Assembly: GCA_937863435.1 (NCBI GenBank)
Contig: CALMES010000147.1
Location: 1,639 to 65,638, forward strand
Origin: an uncultured Candidatus Peregrinibacteria bacterium
Lineage (GTDB): Bacteria; Patescibacteriota; Gracilibacteria; Peribacterales; Peribacteraceae
Length of the DNA stretch: 64,000 nt
Reading direction: 5' to 3'
Shown: positions 57,569-64,000 of the stretch, piece by piece
Layout of the letters: the number at the start of each line of letters is the position of its first letter
Numbering within the stretch: position 1 is the stretch's first letter
Program-made: the position numbers and the translations under genes
The notes under the pieces: model-generated
Told to the model about the DNA's origin: nothing
What the model saw: only the letters and a program-made list of their open reading frames with translations
Databases searched by the model: none

Positions 57569-58165
57569 ATGGACCTCCTCCCGTCTCAAATCAAGCGCAC
57601 GATCGAAGAGTTTACCAAGCTGCCCGGCATTGGGCCGAAGTCTGCTGAACGCCTCACGTTTCATTTACTGCGCTCGCGCAAGGCGTCGCCCGAGACGCTC
57701 GGTCGCGCACTTTTAGAGCTTAAAAATCAACTGCAGTACTGCCGCCAGTGCCAGATGGTTGCAACCGAAGAACTGTGTCCGGTGTGTCGCGAAACAAGTC
57801 GCGACAGTTCCGCGATTCTCGTTGTGGAAGAACCGCTGGATGTGATCGCGTTTGAAAAATCCGGCTACAAAGGATTGTACCACGTGCTCCACGGTGTATT
57901 GTCCCCGATCGACGGCATGGGCCCGGAGCAGCTCAAGCTGCGCGAGCTTGTTGACCGGACAAAAGCGGGCGGCGTGAAAGAGCTGATTATCGCCACGAAC
58001 CTGGATATCGAAGGCGAAGCGACAGCTACCTACATTCGCCAGCAGTTATCATCTGTTGTTCCATCTATTTCACGATTGGCTCATGGACTCCCGCGAGGTG
58101 CAGACATTGAGTTTGCGGATCAAGTGACGCTGCGAGAGGCGATTGCGGGGAGAAGGGTGATGTGA
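57569..58165 (+). CDS. recR: recombination protein RecR
   Basis: The HhH segment LPGIGPKSAERLTFHLL, the zinc finger C-x2-C...C-x2-C and a Toprim domain are present. TACACT lies 7 nt upstream. Confidence 0.9.
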   Translation: MDLLPSQIKRTIEEFTKLPGIGPKSAERLTFHLLRSRKASPETLGRALLELKNQLQYCRQCQMVATEELCPVCRETSRDSSAILVVEEPLDVIAFEKSGYKGLYHVLHGVLSPIDGMGPEQLKLRELVDRTKAGGVKELIIATNLDIEGEATATYIRQQLSSVVPSISRLAHGLPRGADIEFADQVTLREAIAGRRVM

Positions 58166-58322
58166 GGCATTGGGTAAAATTCGAAGATCAAAAAACGAAG
58201 AACCAGACAAATTTTAAGTAAGAAATTTGAAAATACTATTTTGTTAAATCGGGTCATTTGTTTCAAATTTATGCTTTCGTTCTTGTTTCAAATTTGGTTC
58301 TTTGACCTTCGAATTTTTCACA

Positions 58323-59381
58323 TTAGAGTGACTTTAGATATCTTTCAAAAATCCGCTGCAACACTTTCATGCTTTCCAGATCAATCCACTCCGTATCCTG
58401 ATGATGTCCGCCGCCCAAGCAAATCGTCACAATGCCGGGAATATTGTGCGGGGTTAAGAAACGTCCATCCGAAGCACCCCGCTCTACTGTCAGATTAACC
58501 GGCTTTCCCAATTCTGCTTCCGATGCCGCAATGTACGCCGCAATCAGCGGATGAGTCGGATCTGTACGGAACACCGGTTCTTCGTCGATGTACTCGTACT
58601 CTCCCTGGCGAAAACATTGTGCTGCAACAGCCTTTACTTTTTCATGATGAGCCGTGCGAATATCGATTTTTGCGTCGCAGAGATCGGGTGTGACATTCAG
58701 TGCGATGCCGGCACGAATGTCGACAATGCTCATGATCGTTTCGGGAATTTTGGCGATCTCATTTTTGAATATGTCAAAGTCCTTAATGAACGAATGAATC
58801 GCGTTGTCGCCATCTTCCGGGCGACTGCTGTGAGCCGCTTTGCCGCGGCGCAGAATGTCGAGGCGCAGAATGCCGTACTGCAGTTTTACCACCGAAAAAT
58901 TGCCGCCGCCATCGGGCAAAATGGCACATTCGGGGCGAAATCCTTCGTTATCGAGCAAGTACTTGACGCCGTCTTTTCCGCCGATTTCCTCGTCGGTTGT
59001 CAGCATAATGCCAAGGCTTGTAGCTGAGCCGGACTCCACATGCGCACGAAACGCATTGAGCGCCACTGCCGCCGGGCCTTTCATGTCGTACACGCCGCGG
59101 CCGAATAATTTTCCATCTTTCATGCGCGGAACGAACGCTTGCGGGGGAGCGGGCACGACATCCAGGTGTGCGATGAACATAATTTTCGGTGTCAGTTTTT
59201 CTTTGTATGACACAACCATGGAGTGATGTCCGTTACGTTCGTAGCGATGAAATTCCACTGGCAAATCACTCAAATACTGTTCGCAAAACAGCAGTATTTC
59301 CTTGCAGGCTTTTATATCCGTTGATACCGATGGAATGAGAATCATCTGAGGTAAAAGCTGGTCGAGCGGGAGAGAGGACAT
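58323..59381 (-). CDS. M20 family metallopeptidase (ArgE/DapE-like)
   Basis: The motifs AHLDVVPA, GRGVYDMKG and TTDEEIGG are present. The start is uncertain (59381 or 59408). Confidence 0.8.
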   Translation of the reverse strand: MSSLPLDQLLPQMILIPSVSTDIKACKEILLFCEQYLSDLPVEFHRYERNGHHSMVVSYKEKLTPKIMFIAHLDVVPAPPQAFVPRMKDGKLFGRGVYDMKGPAAVALNAFRAHVESGSATSLGIMLTTDEEIGGKDGVKYLLDNEGFRPECAILPDGGGNFSVVKLQYGILRLDILRRGKAAHSSRPEDGDNAIHSFIKDFDIFKNEIAKIPETIMSIVDIRAGIALNVTPDLCDAKIDIRTAHHEKVKAVAAQCFRQGEYEYIDEEPVFRTDPTHPLIAAYIAASEAELGKPVNLTVERGASDGRFLTPHNIPGIVTICLGGGHHQDTEWIDLESMKVLQRIFERYLKSL

Positions 59382-59499
59382 GGAAAAAGACGAAAATGTG
59401 TACGGCATCTTTGTACGATGCTTAAGCCCTAAACGCAAGTATTTAGCAGAATTATTTGCAATTTATTTAAGTTTCTCTACGATGTAGCGCACATCATCG

Positions 59500-59607
59500 T
59501 CCTATCAAGAGAGATGCAAAGGGAACTGGCCCGTTATATGCATCCCCCAACTCTTCGCTTCGCGAAGTAAGTGGGAATCCAGCCCTCGCATAGAGGGAAA
59601 GATAGCT
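59500..59607 (+). promoter_or_regulatory. SAM-I (S-box) riboswitch aptamer
   Basis: CCTATCAAGAGAGATGCAAAGGGAACTGGCCCG...GGGAATCCAGCCCTCGCATAGAGGGAAAGATAG matches the S-box core by eye (TATCAAGAG, GGGA, CTGGCCC, AATCCAGC, AAAGATAG). P1 is CTATC/GATAG and P2 is GATGCA/TGCATC. Confidence 0.8.
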
Positions 59608-59620
59608 TCCGTGTTATTGC

Positions 59621-59649
59621 CTCTTTCTCTCGCAGGAAGAGTTTTTTTT
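59621..59649 (+). terminator. riboswitch expression-platform terminator
   Basis: CTCTTTC-TCTCGCA-GGAAGAG is followed by T8. The aptamer 3-prime segment GAAAGA (59597-59602) can pair with TCTTTC (59622-59627) as an antiterminator. Confidence 0.7.
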
Positions 59650-59806
59650 ATTACTTCTTACCGAGGGACGAGATGGCCACATGATTTATTTCTTCCAAAC
59701 ATGCTCGATGCCTATGTGCATGCGAGCGCTGCAGGGGCAGGCAATCGCCTGAATAACCCCATCCCTTGCAGCGACTGGGTGCTTTTATCAACTTTTTATT
59801 TTATGT

Positions 59807-60751
59807 ATGAACAGCAAAGAATTTTCCTATAATGAGTCTCATGATCCGAAAAGAAAATATTTTTTCTCAGATACATTTGGAGGTAGCGCAGAGTGGGATC
59901 CTCTTTCATTGCCGGACCCGGATGCGCAGATATCAACCGATTTTTCGGGATCTCCGCTTACTCCTTGCGAGCGGCGTTTTGATACGTATGGACAGGAGCG
60001 TGTGACGGATCATCTCTTGCGTCTTATTTTGCAGCAATTTGATGAATTGGCTCGTAGGCCAGACATATCTGGCGGCAGGAGGCAACAGGCTTTACGTCTT
60101 GGAACTGGAGTTTTTATAAATTATGCTCCTCGTACCAGTCACAGCAACGCTCAGCCTTTTTATGTGGCGACTGCTCGTGGTGGAAATATCCGGATTGTTT
60201 CTACTCCTCTTGAAGCCTTGTCTGCAATTAAAGGAGAAATCGAAACTCTTCACCACTTGCCTAATCCAGAACGAGGGGAGGCGGACAATGGTTTGTATGA
60301 CTGGACTCAGCAATTTCGATCGAAATTAACGCCAATTCTCTTGGATCCTGATCATGGACTTGATCTCATTGAAGATGATCCTGCAGATATTCCAGCGCCA
60401 GATAATCGTTGGCATATTGCATTTGTCGATCGATTCGGAAATGTGATTTCGTATACGGATAACCCTGAAGATCAATGGGGGGAAATAGAGACATTGGCTG
60501 ATCGCGTTGGTGATTCGCGTCGGGAAATACGGCTGCTACTTGATGGTCATGAAACTGTCCCTTTGACACTCGCAACATCACTGGGTTCAGCGCACCCGGG
60601 TGGCGTATCGATCTATCGAAATGGTGGTATTGATTTAGTGAGAAAGTGGCAGGTAGGAGAAACGGCTTCCGAGAGACTTGCTCAGTCTGCGTTTAGAAAA
60701 TTAGGCAATCCAACGATAGGTACAACCATAGAAATTGCTCCTAATGCCTAA
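59807..60751 (+). CDS. divergent DUF62-like protein (SAM hydroxide adenosyltransferase/chlorinase-fluorinase fold), function unknown
   Basis: The C-terminal half contains the family hallmark VDRFGNVISY and a GG.SIY..GG.DLV-like tail. The N-terminal catalytic motifs (TDFG, DPGVG, FHGRD) are not conserved. Confidence 0.45.
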   Translation: MNSKEFSYNESHDPKRKYFFSDTFGGSAEWDPLSLPDPDAQISTDFSGSPLTPCERRFDTYGQERVTDHLLRLILQQFDELARRPDISGGRRQQALRLGTGVFINYAPRTSHSNAQPFYVATARGGNIRIVSTPLEALSAIKGEIETLHHLPNPERGEADNGLYDWTQQFRSKLTPILLDPDHGLDLIEDDPADIPAPDNRWHIAFVDRFGNVISYTDNPEDQWGEIETLADRVGDSRREIRLLLDGHETVPLTLATSLGSAHPGGVSIYRNGGIDLVRKWQVGETASERLAQSAFRKLGNPTIGTTIEIAPNA

Positions 60752-62270
60752 AAGCTCTCGTCCCCGTCAGTACCATCGCAATTCCCAGTTTCTCTGCCGC
60801 CGCAAATACTTCTGCATCTTTCACCGATCCGCCGGGCTGGATAATGGCGACTACTCCGGCCTTGGCGGCTTCGGTGAGGGCGTCTGGGAACGGAAAGAAA
60901 GCGTCGCTTGCGAGTACCGATCCTTGCACACGTTCACCCGCGCGCTTGATGGAAATCCATGTCGAATCCACTCGGCTCGTCTGGCCAGCGCCGATGCCGA
61001 CAGTCACGCCGTCTTTGGCGAGGACAATGGCATTGGATTTTGCATGCTTCACCACTTTCCAGGCGAAGAGCAGATCCTGAATTTGGGCAGGAGTTGGCTT
61101 CTTGCTCGTGATGAATTGCAAGTCTGCTTCGTTAATCTGCTTGCTATCCGCACTCTGTACCAGCATGCCGTCGAATGCGCTGCGATAGACGACGCGCTCT
61201 TTTTTCTCGAGCAGCGGCAATTCGATCACACGGATGTTTGGCTTCTGTTTGAGAATTTCCAGTACACCAGCTTCGTAACTTGGCGCCAGAATGATCTCGG
61301 TAAAAATTTTCTGATCAATGATTTTTTTGGCGATCACTTCCGTGCATTCTTTGTTGAGGGCAATGATGACGCCGAAAGCCGAGAGGCGATCGGTGTCGTA
61401 GCCTTTTTGGAACGCGACATTGATATCGCTGTCGGAGGCAATGCCGCTCGGGTTGGCATGTTTTACAAAGACCGCGGTCGGCGCTGTAAAATCACAGGCC
61501 ATTTGCCACGCGGCGTCACTGTCTAAAATATTCAGATAACTCAGCTCTTTTCCCTGCAGCACTTTCCAGCGCACCGGCTTGCCGTCCAGTTCGTAAAACT
61601 TGCCCCACTGATGCGGATTTTCGCCGTAGCGCAGCACGCGGCCGTTTGTGAGTTGTAGACTTTGATTGGCTCCCGTTGTAAAAAACTCCGCAATCAGTCC
61701 ATCGTAGCGTGCCGTGTGGGCGAATACTTTGGCAGCCAGCTGCTTGCGCAGTTCCGGCGATGTGTCGCCATTTTTTTTGATCTCATCAATGACGCGGCTG
61801 TAATCAGCCGGGTCACAAATGACGGTCACAGACGCATGATTTTTTGCCGCTGACCGGAGCATCGTAGGTCCGCCAATATCGATCTGCTCGACCATCTCTT
61901 TTTCAAAATCAGCTCCCGATTTTCCGGCTTTCTTGCCCTGTTCCAGCGTTTGTTCAAACGGATATAAATTCACGACAATCATGTCGATTGCATCGATACC
62001 CAGTTTTTTTGTTTCGGCTTCGTGCTCGCTATCGCCACGGCGATAGAGAATGCCGCCCATCAGCAGCGGATGCATTGTTTTGACTCTGCCAGACAGGCAC
62101 TCGGGGAAATGCGTAATGTCTTCAACAGAGGTTGTTTTGATGTCTTTTTCGGCCAGAAATTTGGCAGTTCCGCCGGTTGAAATAATCTCAAATCCCAGAG
62201 ATATGAGCTGGTTTGCCAGCATATCAATCTGCTGTTTGTCGGACACCGAAAGGAGCGCGCGCTTGGCCAT
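60741..62270 (-). CDS. purH: bifunctional AICAR transformylase / IMP cyclohydrolase
   Basis: The N-terminus MAKRALLSVSDKQQI...STGGTAKFL is the MGS-like domain. An AICARFT domain follows. Confidence 0.95.
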   Translation of the reverse strand: MAKRALLSVSDKQQIDMLANQLISLGFEIISTGGTAKFLAEKDIKTTSVEDITHFPECLSGRVKTMHPLLMGGILYRRGDSEHEAETKKLGIDAIDMIVVNLYPFEQTLEQGKKAGKSGADFEKEMVEQIDIGGPTMLRSAAKNHASVTVICDPADYSRVIDEIKKNGDTSPELRKQLAAKVFAHTARYDGLIAEFFTTGANQSLQLTNGRVLRYGENPHQWGKFYELDGKPVRWKVLQGKELSYLNILDSDAAWQMACDFTAPTAVFVKHANPSGIASDSDINVAFQKGYDTDRLSAFGVIIALNKECTEVIAKKIIDQKIFTEIILAPSYEAGVLEILKQKPNIRVIELPLLEKKERVVYRSAFDGMLVQSADSKQINEADLQFITSKKPTPAQIQDLLFAWKVVKHAKSNAIVLAKDGVTVGIGAGQTSRVDSTWISIKRAGERVQGSVLASDAFFPFPDALTEAAKAGVVAIIQPGGSVKDAEVFAAAEKLGIAMVLTGTRAFRH

Positions 62271-62284
62271 GGGACCGTATACTA

Positions 62285-62388
62285 GGGCAGAGGGAGGGGG
62301 TTGGGAAGGGCGCGGTGGGGAATTAATCGATTAGGCGTTAGAGTATTATGAGTTGGAACGGAACAAGGGTTGGGGCTAGGGTTAGGGG
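62285..62388 (+). other. two canonical G-quadruplex motifs in divergent promoter region
   Basis: GGGCAGAGGGAGGGGGTTGGGAAGGG starts at 62285. GGGTTGGGGCTAGGGTTAGGGG lies at 62367-62388. Confidence 0.6.
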
Positions 62389-62553
62389 CAGACCACCAGT
62401 TTCTAGTTTTTAGTTTCGAGGTTTTGATTCTTTTGGAAATTGGCAGTTGGAAGTTGGTAGTTCTCTTCTGATTCTTCTTAAGCCCTACTTCCTTCATATT
62501 CCTTGTAAAAATCGGCTTTCTCTGCTATCATAGTGAGATACTTTTGACAAAAA

Positions 62554-63024
62554 ATGTCACCTGCCAAAAAAACACCCAAAGCCGGCACAAGGAAGATCGT
62601 CAAAAAAAATGACGATGTGATCGGAAAAAATGCCGCAGGGAATGCCGTGGCTGTATCTCCTGCCGCTCAAAAATCCATTCTTCTGGTGGAAGATGAAGTG
62701 CCGCTTGCACATGCGCTGGAACTGAAGCTGAAGAATGACGGTTTCGTCGTGAAGACAGTTGCCAACGGATCTGACGCGCTGGAGCAGGCAAAAAAAGGCG
62801 GCTATCAGCTCATGCTTCTCGACCTGATCATGCCCCTGATGGACGGTTTCAGCGTGCTGTCGGAGCTCAAGAGCCGGAAGATTGCGCTGCCGGTCATTGT
62901 GCTCAGCAATCTCGGACAGGAGGAGGATCGCGCCAAGGCCAAGTCTCTGGGGGCGCTTGATTATTTCGTCAAATCCAACACGCCTATTTCCGACATTATC
63001 GCCCGCGTCAAACAGGTTATCTAA
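62554..63024 (+). CDS. single-domain response regulator (CheY-like receiver)
   Basis: The receiver motifs ILLVEDE and MLLDLIMPLMDG are present, with the conserved Lys context LSNLG. Confidence 0.85.
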   Translation: MSPAKKTPKAGTRKIVKKNDDVIGKNAAGNAVAVSPAAQKSILLVEDEVPLAHALELKLKNDGFVVKTVANGSDALEQAKKGGYQLMLLDLIMPLMDGFSVLSELKSRKIALPVIVLSNLGQEEDRAKAKSLGALDYFVKSNTPISDIIARVKQVI

Positions 63025-63033
63025 ATTTTCCGT

Positions 63034-64000
63034 ATGCAACTCACAAACACCCAGCTCGGCCAGATTCTCGTCACGCAAAGTTACCTGTCGGAAGCGGAGC
63101 TGAAGCAGGTGATGGCGGAGGCAAACGAGCGCAATGTGGAACTGCGCACTGTTTTGTTTGAACGCCGTCTGCTCACATCGGAATTGCTGGAAAATGCGCT
63201 GTCGGAATACTATAAACTGCCGTTTTACGATCTTGTCAGCAAGCCGCCAAGCCCCGAGGCTGTCGCGCTGTTGCCTGAGGAATTTTCCCGGTCGTATTCG
63301 GTGGTGATTGTCGCCAAAGACGATACAAACCAGACGATTACGGTGGCAACCTCCGACCCGCAGGTTCCGGGGCTTGAGGAGGCGATCCGCTTAAACTACG
63401 GCCAGCCGAAAATGGTGGCAGTGAGTTCGGAGGCCGCCAGCAAGGTGAAGAAGGAAAATTTCTGGGGATCCGAGGCAAAAATGGATTCAAAGCACTACGA
63501 AGGACAGGTGCTGTTTGTCTACAGCCCGAAGAACGCGATTTCCAATTCGTTTTCGCTGTACCGCAAGTCACTTGCCACCCGCTTTCAGTCCATTATCGAC
63601 AAGCAGCACAAGGTTGCCCCCGAAATTCTCGAAGAAATTTTTGACGACGCGATGATGCTCAAGGCATCCGACATCCACTTCGAGCCGCAGGAAAAGGATG
63701 TGATCGTGCGCTTCCGTGTGGACGGCGTGATGCATGAGGCCGGACGTCTGCCGAAGCAGTTTTACGAAGGCATCATCAACCGCATCAAGATTGAGGCGAA
63801 CCTGCGTATCGATGAACACTTCGCTGCACAGGACGGAGCGATTCGCTACAAGTCGAAGGCCGGCACCATGGACGTGCGTGTTTCCATTATTCCCATTGTG
63901 GATGGCGAGAAGATCGTTATGCGTCTCTTGTCTGAGTACGTTCGTAACCTGACGCTCATGGATCTTGGCTTTTCGGATGCCTACCGTGAAACGCTTGAGA
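63034..64000 (+). CDS. pilB: type IV pilus assembly ATPase PilB/GspE family (3-prime partial, runs off window)
   Basis: The ATG is at 63034. The N-terminal GspE_N-type domain (LLENALSEYYKLPFYDL) is followed by LKASDIHFEP...VRFRVDG. No stop occurs before 64000. Confidence 0.85.
   Translation, partial: MQLTNTQLGQILVTQSYLSEAELKQVMAEANERNVELRTVLFERRLLTSELLENALSEYYKLPFYDLVSKPPSPEAVALLPEEFSRSYSVVIVAKDDTNQTITVATSDPQVPGLEEAIRLNYGQPKMVAVSSEAASKVKKENFWGSEAKMDSKHYEGQVLFVYSPKNAISNSFSLYRKSLATRFQSIIDKQHKVAPEILEEIFDDAMMLKASDIHFEPQEKDVIVRFRVDGVMHEAGRLPKQFYEGIINRIKIEANLRIDEHFAAQDGAIRYKSKAGTMDVRVSIIPIVDGEKIVMRLLSEYVRNLTLMDLGFSDAYRETLE

Noticed and set aside
1-64000. Alternative genetic code (for example UGA reassignment, as in some candidate phyla)
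   Set aside because: TGA (5243-5245), TAA (dnaE at 15668-15670) and TAG (pyrB at 44454-44456) each terminate full-length conserved or well-delimited ORFs. No conserved gene needs read-through.

Overview
This is a 64-kb bacterial chromosomal window using the standard genetic code: TGA, TAA and TAG each end long conserved ORFs. I support about 46 protein genes, one tRNA-Leu(UAG), one SAM-I riboswitch and a probable oriC next to dnaN. Housekeeping genes are ssb, dnaE, tsaC, nrdR, aspS, mfd, dnaN, pyrB/pyrD/pyrC, rnj, smpB, recR and purH, plus type IV pilus genes (pilD, a partial pilB and a CheY-like receiver). Envelope and surface genes include a 2429-aa S8 protease fused to DUF11-like repeats, an FN3 protein, a flippase and a GT2. 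The accessory and unexplained content is as follows. (1) A tightly coupled five-gene operon (1826-10276) encodes only exported, Cys-rich proteins of unknown family. (2) About 20 genes have a TGCTAnAnT-type -10 box 6-8 nt upstream of the start codon and no Shine-Dalgarno, which suggests leaderless mRNAs. In two of them (the RRM protein and pyrC) the conserved N-terminus begins at ATC or ATA in exactly that position. (3) A SAM-I OFF riboswitch sits upstream of a divergent DUF62-like (SAM-cleaving family) gene. (4) Two RAYT/IS200-like Y1 transposase genes occur with a dispersed family of REP-like hairpins. (5) Most intergenic regions carry inverted repeats built from heptad words (AATTACG, CCAACTA, CAAGATA), and one such repeat is inserted in frame into pyrC. 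(6) Other notable items are a two-OB-fold SSB, a tandem-RRM protein, a DOT1-like methyltransferase and a DUF559 cassette with terminal inverted repeats. All calls were made by eye from the sequence and the ORF track. No database search was run.
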